Source: a virus. Taken from it: a DNA stretch of 64,000 nt. The notes under the pieces were generated by a model, which made no database searches, had not been told where the DNA came from, and saw only the letters and a program-made list of their open reading frames with translations. The position numbers and the translations under genes are program-made. Below, in pieces: positions 18,457-26,892 of this stretch (positions within the stretch are counted from its first letter, which is position 1; every line of letters begins with the position of its first letter). The DNA is taken from IMG/VR virus record IMGVR_UViG_3300046474_000370, positions 37,111 through 101,110 of that record; one strand, given 5' to 3'.

Positions 18457-18624
18457 GACTGCATGGTCCATTCAGTTGTTGTGGAAGGTACGGGCTGTTT
18501 CGACCTGCATAATCCGGCGTAGCACCCCAGGAAACGTGCTGGGTACGTGCGCCCGGATTCTGGCTCACCGCGCAGATAGCGCGGGAGCCCGCCAAGCCAC
18601 CCATCGCGGTGGCTTTTTGTTTTT
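18457..18624 (+). ncRNA. Structured late-leader RNA (pR'-tR'-like)
   Basis: Several hairpins between the promoter and terminator. Confidence 0.55.
18594..18624 (+). terminator. tR'-like intrinsic terminator
   Basis: AAGCCACC-loop-GGTGGCTT plus TTTGTTTTT. Confidence 0.8.
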
Positions 18625-18648
18625 CCGATCCCATCAGAAGGGGCCGCC

Positions 18649-18819
18649 ATGCCGACCACGCATCCGAGCAAGGAGCAGGTACGCGACTGGCTGCGCCTGC
18701 GCCGTACCCTGGCTTATCCCGCACCGCCGCCATCGCCGGAACAGATCCGCCGCGAGCTGGGCTGGGACTTGATCCGGGCTGAACAAGATGCAATGGCGCG
18801 CGCACTGGCTGCTCTTTGA
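18649..18819 (+). CDS. 56-aa hypothetical protein, paralogue of 25183-25335
   Basis: Translated by hand: MPTTHPSKEQVRDWL...PPPSPEQIRRELGW. Confidence 0.7.
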   Translation: MPTTHPSKEQVRDWLRLRRTLAYPAPPPSPEQIRRELGWDLIRAEQDAMARALAAL

Positions 18820-18958
18820 GCAACGCGTGCGCGCGCTCGATGAGGCGCTGGCCGGCCTCGAGCCCGAGGCCCCGCCCTCGCTACAGGATGTGGTCGACCA
18901 GCTCGATGGGTTGCGCTGGTCGCTGGCCGTGCTCCAGTGGGAGCATGGCGATGATTGA
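18788..18958 (+). CDS. Small hypothetical protein
   Basis: Hand-translated ORF MQWRAHWLLFEQ... Confidence 0.4.
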   Translation: MQWRAHWLLFEQRVRALDEALAGLEPEAPPSLQDVVDQLDGLRWSLAVLQWEHGDD

Positions 18959-19027
18959 ATGCAGGGGCGCAAGACTGTAAGACAACACCCCTATAATCGC
19001 CCGCGTGGGCATTTATAGGAGAGCAGC

Positions 19028-19273
19028 ATGGATGACAAGATGACGGCGGTCCGCGCCAAGATGGTGTGCAATAACCTGGGCACCAGCAGCAGCGGCGCCG
19101 TGACCAAGGTGCAGCTCGGGTGCGTGTACTCGACCACCGGCGAGAATGCCAGCTTCACCAAGTACACCCCGTGGGGCGCGTGCGAAATGGGGATTGATGC
19201 GGACGCCCCGGCGGCGAGCTTCTTCCAGCCGGGGAAAAGGTATTACGTGACGTTTACGGAGGCGCCGGACTAG
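19028..19273 (+). CDS. Phage hypothetical protein (small beta-barrel-like)
   Basis: VRAKM...ENASFTKYTPWG...GKRYYVTF; SD AGGAG; TATAAT upstream. Confidence 0.8.
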   Translation: MDDKMTAVRAKMVCNNLGTSSSGAVTKVQLGCVYSTTGENASFTKYTPWGACEMGIDADAPAASFFQPGKRYYVTFTEAPD

Positions 19274-19285
19274 GCCGGCGGTTGG

Positions 19286-19549
19286 TTAGATGTCGTACTG
19301 CTCGTGGACCACGAGCACGCCTTGGTCATCATGGTAGGGGTTCGACAGGATCGTGCAGGTGTTGCAGAACATGCCGCCAGGCGGCCCGTCGTAGTAGAAG
19401 CGGCTGGCGATTTCGTCGCGCAGCCGCTCGTTGGTCGGGATGACCTCGCCGGCGCCCTCCAGCGCCTTGACCGTGAAGTAGGTGTCGCGCCCGCTGTCGT
19501 CGGTCGGGAGGACGCCGATCTGCGTGAGGTTGAAACCCATCGTGGTCAT
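19286..19549 (-). CDS. Hypothetical protein
   Basis: End of the antisense accessory operon; start reassigned. Confidence 0.65.
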   Translation of the reverse strand: MTTMGFNLTQIGVLPTDDSGRDTYFTVKALEGAGEVIPTNERLRDEIASRFYYDGPPGGMFCNTCTILSNPYHDDQGVLVVHEQYDI

Positions 19550-20151
19550 GCGTGGCCTCGTTTGGTGGGCGCGCGCCAGGCCTCGACCACGGCGCGCGCG
19601 CGCTGTTTGATGGCGCCGAGCACTTCCTCCTCGCATGGGTCAGGGCTGATCCAGCCGCTGTCGTACAGGGCGCACAGCGCGCCCATTGGCGAGTCGGCCG
19701 GCGGTTGGACGCTGCCGAAGGGCACAGGCAGTGCGCACAGCTGCGCCCGGTTCAGCAAGGCGGTGGCGAGCGTGCTGTCGGTTTCCGGGGCGAGCAGTTC
19801 CATATACAGGCCGGCGCTGCTGGCCGTGACGCGCAGGTCGAGCGGTTCGTCGTCGCCGCCGGTGCGGTCGATGTCGATCGCGTTATAGCGCAGCTCGACA
19901 CCATCGGGCATCGCGACCCAGCTGATGCCGTTGTCGACCGACAGGTGCGGGTGCGCCGTGTCCTCGGGCTCGTCGGTCAGCGCGGCGTACACGAGCAGCA
20001 GCCCTTTGATTGCGGCGAGCAGCAGGGACGGGTCGTCCAGGGCGCGCCCGTAGCGGTGAGCCAGGTCCTCGGACAGTGCGAGGCATTGGGCTAGTTCCTC
20101 CTTCATGCGCTGGCGTTGTGCAGGGGTCGGGGGGTGGTCCTTGGTGGGCAT
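19546..20151 (-). CDS. Hypothetical protein
   Basis: SD GAGGAG; coupled. Confidence 0.65.
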   Translation of the reverse strand: MPTKDHPPTPAQRQRMKEELAQCLALSEDLAHRYGRALDDPSLLLAAIKGLLLVYAALTDEPEDTAHPHLSVDNGISWVAMPDGVELRYNAIDIDRTGGDDEPLDLRVTASSAGLYMELLAPETDSTLATALLNRAQLCALPVPFGSVQPPADSPMGALCALYDSGWISPDPCEEEVLGAIKQRARAVVEAWRAPTKRGHA

Positions 20152-20152
20152 G

Positions 20153-20410
20153 TCAGTTCTCCTCGGTGGATTGGGTGCGCGGGATGGTGCGCAGCGTCGG
20201 GTGCAGGTCGTTCAGCAGCAGGTACAGAACGAACGTCTCCAGCGGCATCGGGCGGGCGCTGGGCGCCTCGCTCTCGAACTCGTTCCAGCGCTTGCGGCCG
20301 CGCCGGTAAATGGTGGCGGCGGCCTGCTCCTGGGTGTGGCCGACAGTCAGCCGCGCCCGCTTGGTTTCGGCGGGCGGCGGCGGGCGGGTGATGTCAAAGG
20401 GCGGGTGCAT
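20153..20410 (-). CDS. Small XRE-type HTH regulator (Aca-like)
   Basis: KRARLTVGHTQEQAAATI...RWNEFES...RPMP. Confidence 0.7.
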   Translation of the reverse strand: MHPPFDITRPPPPAETKRARLTVGHTQEQAAATIYRRGRKRWNEFESEAPSARPMPLETFVLYLLLNDLHPTLRTIPRTQSTEEN

Positions 20411-21212
20411 CGGCGGGGGACTCGGTACTGGTGGCGCGCAGGGCGATCAAGAAGCCCTCGATATCGGTTTCGGCACTGGTGCAGGCACGGCGATAAGTGT
20501 CCAGCGTCTCGGGCTGAAACCGGCGCGCGCTCATCAAGTCGCGCTTGAGGCGCCGGAGCAGTCCTACAGCTTCGTTCTGCTCGGGTTCCTGCACAGCTGC
20601 TTCATAGCGAGCAACGGCGACGCGCAGCTTGGCGATGCGGGCCGGGATTGCGCCAGGTAGGTTGAGGCCTGCTAAGCCTTCCAGCACATCATTGGCGCGA
20701 TGGACGACTTGCGGCAGTACCGCTCCCGGTGGGGCGCAGCTCAGCCCCTTTTCCAAAGCTGCCGCGACCGCATTGTGGACGCGCGCGTCAATGGTGTCGT
20801 AGATGCTCTTGCGGATGATCTTGGCCTGCTTGCTGGCCCGACCAAGCGTGGACAGGCGTTCCAGGTCCTCGCGGAAGTCGGCATGGTCGCGGATGCTGTC
20901 GGTTGCCGGCGTGGTGGCCAGCACCAGGGCGTTGACGATCAGATCGGCGCGGCGCAGCGCGTCGGCACGCAGTTCGGCATCGCGTTCCGGTCCGCCGTAG
21001 CCTGCGCTCCAGTGGATGCGCGCACCCAGCGGCTCGATGGCGACGAAGGGGCAGTATTGGTGCCGCCCGCTTTCGTAGTACACCAGGCGCAGGGCGCCGC
21101 GCTGCTCGATCTCGCGGTATTCGATACCGGGCCCGGTGGGCGGGTTGGCCTGTTCCGCGGTGGTCAGCGGGCGGTAGGTGCCGTCGGGGTTCTGGATTTC
21201 TCGGGTTGTCAT
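20394..21212 (-). CDS. Hypothetical protein
   Basis: Long ORF within the operon. Confidence 0.65.
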   Translation of the reverse strand: MTTREIQNPDGTYRPLTTAEQANPPTGPGIEYREIEQRGALRLVYYESGRHQYCPFVAIEPLGARIHWSAGYGGPERDAELRADALRRADLIVNALVLATTPATDSIRDHADFREDLERLSTLGRASKQAKIIRKSIYDTIDARVHNAVAAALEKGLSCAPPGAVLPQVVHRANDVLEGLAGLNLPGAIPARIAKLRVAVARYEAAVQEPEQNEAVGLLRRLKRDLMSARRFQPETLDTYRRACTSAETDIEGFLIALRATSTESPADAPAL

Positions 21213-21247
21213 GGGATGCGTCCTTTGCGTGAGTGGATGGGATGCGC

Positions 21248-21748
21248 TCAAAGCTGGCCGTGTTCGGCGAACGAATGGACGTCGTTGACCGTGACCACGA
21301 AATGGTCGAGCACGCGAATGTTGAACAGGTCAAGGGCCTGCTTTAGCGTATTGGTGAGGCGCAGGTCGGCATCGCTTGGGTCGGATGTGCCGGACGGGTG
21401 GTTGTGGGCGACCATGATGGCAGCGGCATTCCATTGCAGCGCGAGTTTGGCAACCTCACGCGGGTAAACGTGGACTTCCGACAGCGTGCCACGGGCTATC
21501 TCTTGCTCATGGAGCAGGCGGTTCTTCACATCAAACAACAGCACCCAAAATACCTCGTGCTCCAGCGGCGCCAGCTTGAGGCGCAAGTAGGCCTTGACGA
21601 CCTCCGGCTTGCCCATCGTCTCGCCGGGTTCGCGGATCGCGCGGATGAGGCGCTGCGCGTCGGCCATGATCGAGTCGGCGGTGAGCGCGTGGAAGCCGGA
21701 CACGTTGTAGGGTGTAAGCGATTCGTTGACTTCGTGGTTCTTTGGCAT
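21248..21748 (-). CDS. radC: RadC-like JAB-domain protein
   Basis: EHEVFWVL...GTL..VHVYPREV...AHNHPSGTSDPSDAD...VLDHFVV. Confidence 0.95.
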   Translation of the reverse strand: MPKNHEVNESLTPYNVSGFHALTADSIMADAQRLIRAIREPGETMGKPEVVKAYLRLKLAPLEHEVFWVLLFDVKNRLLHEQEIARGTLSEVHVYPREVAKLALQWNAAAIMVAHNHPSGTSDPSDADLRLTNTLKQALDLFNIRVLDHFVVTVNDVHSFAEHGQL

Positions 21749-21766
21749 CGTGGGACCTTCCGTGGT

Positions 21767-22144
21767 TCAGGGGTTCCAGCTGAACGAGGCCGGCAGGACT
21801 GCGACGGTCGCGGGCAGCGTGGAGCGTTTCAGTTTTTCCAGTGTGCAGCGCGCGAGCCGGCTCGGGGATGACTGACCGGCCAGCAGGACCGTGCTGGCCG
21901 TGACCGCGCCATTTGGCGCGACCAGACCCAGCCAGACAAACGTGGCGGGCTCGTCGTCGGTGGCGCTCTGGCACGCGTAAATGGTACGCGCAATCACGCG
22001 CTGGTAGTCCGGGGCGAGCGCACGCGCCTGCTCTGGCAGGTTCAGCGTGATGTGGCCTTGCAGCGGCTCGGGGGCGGTGGGCGCCAGGTTGGCGCAGGCC
22101 GGCAGCAACAGCGCCAGGGCGCCAAGGATGGTGCGCGGTTTCAT
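21767..22144 (-). CDS. Predicted lipoprotein
   Basis: Signal peptide with lipobox LLPAC. Confidence 0.65.
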   Translation of the reverse strand: MKPRTILGALALLLPACANLAPTAPEPLQGHITLNLPEQARALAPDYQRVIARTIYACQSATDDEPATFVWLGLVAPNGAVTASTVLLAGQSSPSRLARCTLEKLKRSTLPATVAVLPASFSWNP

Positions 22145-22491
22145 TCGGGGGCTCCAGTCGGTTGGATGGGGGGCTCGTCGGTGATGAGCAGTGCTGCGGC
22201 CTCCAGCGGGTCCGGATCGCGCGGGTCGAGCAGGTTGAACGCGGTGGCGGGCGGCGTGGTCTGTGCCTGGTCGCGGTCGAGGTCGCCGGCCAGCGTCGCC
22301 ATCCGGGCGATCTGACGCAGTGCTTGACGCGCGCGCCAGTTGAGGGTGGCGGGGAGCGCGTCGTCGTCCTCGGTGGGCGGTAACGTGATCGGGGGATGGG
22401 CGGGCGCGCTACGTGGCCGGTTCCCCCAGCCGTGCAGGGTCAGGGCCTCGGCAGCTGCGGTGTCGCCGGTGAAGTGCATGGATCGAGTCAT
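22141..22491 (-). CDS. Hypothetical protein
   Basis: SD GAGGA; coupled to the next gene. Confidence 0.55.
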   Translation of the reverse strand: MTRSMHFTGDTAAAEALTLHGWGNRPRSAPAHPPITLPPTEDDDALPATLNWRARQALRQIARMATLAGDLDRDQAQTTPPATAFNLLDPRDPDPLEAAALLITDEPPIQPTGAPE

Positions 22492-22610
22492 GGTTTCCTC
22501 AGAGAATACCGCTCGGCGAGCGGGCTGAGGTCAGGATGTGCCGGAAACGGGGACACGGCAACCGATGAGTGCGGTGCGCGCGATGTGGGTCAAGTGGCGT
22601 GCTGGTGGGC

Positions 22611-22635
22611 AAAAAAAAGCCCGCTCGCGCGGGCT
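22611..22635 (-). terminator. Intrinsic terminator
   Basis: AGCCCGC-loop-GCGGGCT plus T run on the minus strand. Confidence 0.8.
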
Positions 22636-22649
22636 GGTGGGGTGTGAGG

Positions 22650-23093
22650 TTATTGGAAATCAATCAGCACTTGCGTGATACGGCCATCCGCGTCGCGCTT
22701 GACATAGACCGGATAGCGGCCATCGCCTTGCCCGGTGGAGACCGCAGCGCCCAGGTCAACGGCGCCGCCGCGCTGTGCTTGGAGCGTCGTCATGCTGCAA
22801 ACATGGTAGTTGAGGCCAGCCGGCAGCGGCTGCGCGACCGGCTCCCATTCGCCAGTGGCGTTCAATGCGTTCATGGTCGTGCCGTACTCGGGAATGACCT
22901 GTTCGTAATTCGTGAAGTCTTGCGGGTAGGTCAGCACCTTGCCGGTGTGCTTGTTGCGGTATGGGCGGATGTCCTCGAATTCCCGATGGGTCCAGCGGCT
23001 GTCGATATAGCAGGGGTCGATCAGCAGCAGTTGCCCGGAATCTATCGTGATGGTGGCGATCTGTTCGAGCGCCGGTGGTGGTTGTTCTGTCAT
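22650..23093 (-). CDS. Hypothetical protein
   Basis: IDSGQLLLIDPCY...STGQGDGRYPVY conserved-looking motifs. Confidence 0.8.
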   Translation of the reverse strand: MTEQPPPALEQIATITIDSGQLLLIDPCYIDSRWTHREFEDIRPYRNKHTGKVLTYPQDFTNYEQVIPEYGTTMNALNATGEWEPVAQPLPAGLNYHVCSMTTLQAQRGGAVDLGAAVSTGQGDGRYPVYVKRDADGRITQVLIDFQ

Positions 23094-23114
23094 GGCAGGC
23101 TCCGTGGTGGGTGG

Positions 23115-23867
23115 TCAGTCGCTGGTGTCGAGCATGTCAGGGTAGCAGGTGGTGGCCAGCCCGATGAGGTCGTCGTCGTTCATGTCGCGGAAGCCGATGC
23201 GGCCGTCGCGGATCGCTTCTTGCCGCAGGTCGCTGTCGCGCAGCATGGCCGCGTCGATCTGTTGGGCCAAGCGCGTCTCGAAGCTGTCGCGGCCGATCTG
23301 GTCGAACAGCGCGCGGGTCTGGTTGGCCAGGTCGGTCTCAATGCATTCGTCGGCGGCCCTGTCGATTGCTTCGCGCACGGCGGGGCCGTAGGGTGCGCGC
23401 TCGGGCGCAAAGACGCCCTTGCAGATCGCGCCAATGTAGCCGATGGCCTCGGGAAACGGCGGGAACTGGTCGCGCGTGCGGATAACCTCGGCGAACCATT
23501 GGCCGGCATCGTTGCACACGCACGGGCCGAAGTTCACGGCGCTGGGTGCGCCAGCCGCGCGCGCCGCGCGGGCGATGTGCGATAACACCGGGACATAGCG
23601 GATGACCTCGGCCACGGAGGCCACCCGGCGTTGCTGCGTGGTGGGGTAATGCTGGCTGGTCAGGCCTTCCATCAGGAAGGCGGCATAGGCCACATCCTCC
23701 GCCTGCAGCAGCGCCGCAAGATCGGCGATGGCGGCGTTGTGGGCAACCCTGACGGGGACCGCATCGTCGCCGAGCTGGGTGCCGATCATGGCGCCCTGGT
23801 GGTCGTAGATGCTGTCGCTGTGCTCGGCAGTGCCGGTGCGCCAGTGGAACTGGTCAAGGCGGATCAT
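23115..23867 (-). CDS. Hypothetical protein
   Basis: SD AGGAGG; coupled. Confidence 0.7.
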   Translation of the reverse strand: MIRLDQFHWRTGTAEHSDSIYDHQGAMIGTQLGDDAVPVRVAHNAAIADLAALLQAEDVAYAAFLMEGLTSQHYPTTQQRRVASVAEVIRYVPVLSHIARAARAAGAPSAVNFGPCVCNDAGQWFAEVIRTRDQFPPFPEAIGYIGAICKGVFAPERAPYGPAVREAIDRAADECIETDLANQTRALFDQIGRDSFETRLAQQIDAAMLRDSDLRQEAIRDGRIGFRDMNDDDLIGLATTCYPDMLDTSD

Positions 23868-24337
23868 TGCGCGCCTCCTTCGTTGGCCTGTTCGTTCTCC
23901 AGCGAGGCGTAGGCGCGGAATTCGTCGGCATCGCTGGCCAACTCGTCGGGCGGCAGTTCACGGACCTGGCCGGTGTTGTGGGGCAAGTTGAACTCCTTGG
24001 CGATCTGCACGGCCCGGTCGAATTGCTCCTTGAGGTCGAAGTACCAGACAGGCTCGTCGGGCCCGGAGCCGCCCTCGTGCGGTGCGACGTTCGAGCCGAG
24101 CCCGAGTTGCAGGGTAAAGAAGGTATCAGGATCGAGGTTCAGCACGGTGCCACTCCAGCCGCAGGCCAGGCATTGGGCCTCGGAGTCGTCTTGCCAATGA
24201 TGGGAACCATCGTGCGATGCGTCGGCGTCGGTGCCGTCAGCGACCAGGCGCACATATACGGTAGCGGCAATGTCGAGTTCGTCGCCTTGCCCGCATTGTG
24301 GGCAAGCGAAGTTGAATTGGTTGTCGTTACGGCTCAT
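23864..24337 (-). CDS. Zn-ribbon hypothetical protein
   Basis: CPQCG...CLACGW. Confidence 0.7.
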   Translation of the reverse strand: MSRNDNQFNFACPQCGQGDELDIAATVYVRLVADGTDADASHDGSHHWQDDSEAQCLACGWSGTVLNLDPDTFFTLQLGLGSNVAPHEGGSGPDEPVWYFDLKEQFDRAVQIAKEFNLPHNTGQVRELPPDELASDADEFRAYASLENEQANEGGAQ

Positions 24338-24527
24338 CCTGATTCTCCTCAGTTGTTGTTTCAAAGTCGGGGTGATTGGGTTTGAAGCGGCGGGCCACCA
24401 GGCGGGCCAGGACGAACAGCAGCCAGCCCGCGATGATGCAGAGCAGGATGAAGCCGGCCAGCACGAGTATGAACCCTACCGCGTAGGGGTCGTGGGTGCC
24501 GATCAGCGCGTCAAAGAGCTTGTCCAC
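24327..24527 (-). CDS. Small membrane protein
   Basis: GTG start after AGGAGG; one long hydrophobic segment. Confidence 0.6.
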   Translation of the reverse strand: MDKLFDALIGTHDPYAVGFILVLAGFILLCIIAGWLLFVLARLVARRFKPNHPDFETTTEENQDEP

Positions 24528-24546
24528 GCGAGTTGGCCTCCTTTGA

Positions 24547-24729
24547 TTAGCTCTCGTCGTTGCGCGGGTAGGCGCGCAGATCAATGCGTTCCTCGGTGCT
24601 CAGGCCGATAACGAGGGTGTGGTCGATATCGGTGATCGGCATCCAGTCCTGCGCCTCCACGCTGAACACCCGCACGATGGCATTGTCCGGCAGCGAAGCG
24701 AGTGCGGCAATCAGATCAGTTTTGGTCAT
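24547..24729 (-). CDS. Small hypothetical protein
   Basis: MTKTDLIAALASLPDNAIV; SD AAGGA. Confidence 0.65.
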   Translation of the reverse strand: MTKTDLIAALASLPDNAIVRVFSVEAQDWMPITDIDHTLVIGLSTEERIDLRAYPRNDES

Positions 24730-24778
24730 GGGTCAGTCCTTGTGGAAAGCGCGACCGTGCGGCCGCGCTTGAGTGGGG

Positions 24779-25162
24779 TTAAGCTTCCGCTGCCTTGGCC
24801 GCGTCGCGCGCCGCCTTGGCCTGGTAGTGTGCAGCAACTTCGACGAGCAGGGTGTCAACGAGCACCAGTGCTTGGGAGTGCAGCGTGCGCACGCTCAGTT
24901 CAGTGCATTTGCCCTCGCGCACCAGCACAACCTTGCGGAAATCGCCGTCAAGCGGGTTCGAGGAGAACGGCTCCATCCTCATGCTGAGGAAGCCGTTATC
25001 GCGCGTGTACACCTGTGCGATGGCCTTGACCCCGGCGGCACGACCGCGCTCCGAATACTTGCCGGTTTCGATGACCAGCACGCGGTTGTCTGGCAGCTCG
25101 ATACTGGTCTTGGCCTCCCAGCCGTCGCGGCCCTTGGCCAGTTTTACCTCATGTTCAGACAT
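24779..25162 (-). CDS. Hypothetical protein
   Basis: SD GAGGA; globular-looking. Confidence 0.75.
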   Translation of the reverse strand: MSEHEVKLAKGRDGWEAKTSIELPDNRVLVIETGKYSERGRAAGVKAIAQVYTRDNGFLSMRMEPFSSNPLDGDFRKVVLVREGKCTELSVRTLHSQALVLVDTLLVEVAAHYQAKAARDAAKAAEA

Positions 25163-25182
25163 TTGGATTCCTCTCGTGAATG

Positions 25183-25335
25183 TTAGCGGGTGGTGTCAAT
25201 GCTCTTGGGGTGCAGCATCCCCCAGCCGAGTTGCCGGCGTATCTCAGCCGGGGCCGGCGGCGGTTGCCGGGAATTCCTGCGCGCTGCGAGGTAGTCCCGT
25301 ACCGCCTGTTTCGGCGGGCGCGTGATAGTAGGCAT
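25183..25335 (-). CDS. 50-aa hypothetical protein, first gene of the antisense operon
   Basis: SD GAGGAGG; PKQAVRDYL...PPPAPAEIRRQLGW. Confidence 0.7.
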   Translation of the reverse strand: MPTITRPPKQAVRDYLAARRNSRQPPPAPAEIRRQLGWGMLHPKSIDTTR

Positions 25336-25436
25336 AAACATTTCCTCCTCGAATTGTGCGCCAACCCGGCGCAGGGGTGCCCGTTCAGTATGTACCGCAG
25401 AGGGGGACACGAGCCGAGCAGGGTAGGGAGGTCGAT

Positions 25437-25997
25437 ATGAGCGAGGTCAACAATAGCTATCCGTTTGACGCAGCCGCGTTAGAGTGGGAGGGCGGGGGCG
25501 TGCGCAGTATGCGCGAGCTGGCCCGCCGGCATGGCATTCCCGAGGCCACGCTGAGGCGTTACGCCAAGGAACACGGCTGGGTGAAGGGGGCCGCCGATGC
25601 CAAGCGCGAGCTGGTCCGTGAGGCACTGGCAGGGGTCGACCTTGACGCGGGGGCGGCGCAATCGCTGACGCACGACGAAATGCGTCAGAAACGCGTCACC
25701 GAGGCGCTGCAGGATGTGGCCGACATGAACATGGGCCTGCGGGTGGCGCGGGCGTGCATTGCCAAGCTCTTGGGCATGGTCGAGGACATCGACAACCCGA
25801 ACGACGTCAAGCGCGTGGTCGAGGCCAACAAGGGCGCGGTGGAAACGATTCGCAAGATTCGCAGCCTGGACGCCGAGCCCGAGCCGGAAGCGGCGGTGAC
25901 GGTGACGGTGGGCGATGCCGATCTGGCGGACCTGCGCGCGGCGTTCAGGAAGCGGTTGGAGGAAATGGGGGCCGCAGCGGGCCCCGTGGCGGGTTAG
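25437..25997 (+). CDS. terS: Putative terminase small subunit
   Basis: N-terminal HTH (SMRELARRHGIPEATLRRYAKEHGW), helical oligomerisation region, upstream of TerL. Confidence 0.75.
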   Translation: MSEVNNSYPFDAAALEWEGGGVRSMRELARRHGIPEATLRRYAKEHGWVKGAADAKRELVREALAGVDLDAGAAQSLTHDEMRQKRVTEALQDVADMNMGLRVARACIAKLLGMVEDIDNPNDVKRVVEANKGAVETIRKIRSLDAEPEPEAAVTVTVGDADLADLRAAFRKRLEEMGAAAGPVAG

Positions 25998-26194
25998 CGG
26001 CGGCGGGAGTGGGGCGGGAGGACGAACAGCAGCGCCGTACAGAACATCAAGAGCTGCACTGCCGCAGATTGCTTGCCCATGTAACAAGCCGCTGAGAACA
26101 GTATCGTGCAGAACCCAAGCAACAGGTAGCCGCAAGTGTTCCACACGATTGCCCGCCAGTCTATGCGGCCTCGTTTCGTTCGTCGTTGCATCAT
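25994..26194 (-). CDS. Small two-TM membrane protein (moron)
   Basis: Two hydrophobic segments; own extended -10 TGCTAGAAT upstream. Confidence 0.55.
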   Translation of the reverse strand: MMQRRTKRGRIDWRAIVWNTCGYLLLGFCTILFSAACYMGKQSAAVQLLMFCTALLFVLPPHSRRR

Positions 26195-26272
26195 GGTCGA
26201 TCCCGGTGGTTGGTTGGTACTGAAATTCTAGCAGGGGCACTGCTTGTGCGCGGTGTTGTGGCGCATCAGGGC

Positions 26273-26647
26273 TCAGTCGCCTAGCTGGCCGGGATCGCGC
26301 GCGCCGGACAGCTCCCAGCCGCGCCGCAATGGCCACTGCACATGCTCAGGTTCTTCGGCGGCGGCGCGCACGCCGGCCAGCGGCAGCGCCTCCAGCATGG
26401 CCAGTGCCTCATCCGGGCTGATGTACAGGCCGTCGTCGTCGCACGGCGGGGACTGTGCTTGCCGCTCGGCCAGCCCGAGCTTGGCCGCATAGAGCCAGGC
26501 GGCGGTGGCGGCAGCAGTCCATGCCATGTGGGCGGCGTAGGCGGGGAGGTCGATACTACTGCCGAGGCGCGCGGGCGGGGCCGGCGGGATGCTGGCCGTG
26601 ATGGTGACGGCGACCGCGATGGCGGCGGCGCGTGGGGTGTCGGTCAT
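26273..26647 (-). CDS. Hypothetical protein
   Basis: SD GGAG; start reassigned. Confidence 0.45.
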   Translation of the reverse strand: MTDTPRAAAIAVAVTITASIPPAPPARLGSSIDLPAYAAHMAWTAAATAAWLYAAKLGLAERQAQSPPCDDDGLYISPDEALAMLEALPLAGVRAAAEEPEHVQWPLRRGWELSGARDPGQLGD

Positions 26648-26669
26648 GGTGTGCTCCAGTCGTGATGGG

Positions 26670-26786
26670 TCAGTCGAGGGTGCAGGTGCCGCGTCCAGCT
26701 GGGCGTGGCGGGCAGCGCCGCCGCAGCTGGTCGAGCAGCCAGAGTGCGCCGCCGATGACGGCAATGAATCCAGTGATGATCGGCAT
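26670..26786 (-). CDS. Micro membrane protein
   Basis: SD AAGGA; MPIITGFIAVIGGALWLL. Confidence 0.35.
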   Translation of the reverse strand: MPIITGFIAVIGGALWLLDQLRRRCPPRPAGRGTCTLD

Positions 26787-26892
26787 GATCGTGTCCTTGT
26801 GGTGATGCCCCCACGATACGCCGGTCCCCAATGCCGGGACAGCGCAAGCGCAACCGGCCAGCCTACCCGACGCCGGAGCCTGATCCAACGCA

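Noticed and set aside
23864-24337. ORF starting MSRND as a fifth MSRNxREG family member
   Set aside because: Only four residues match, REGxY is absent, and the body is an acidic Zn-ribbon protein
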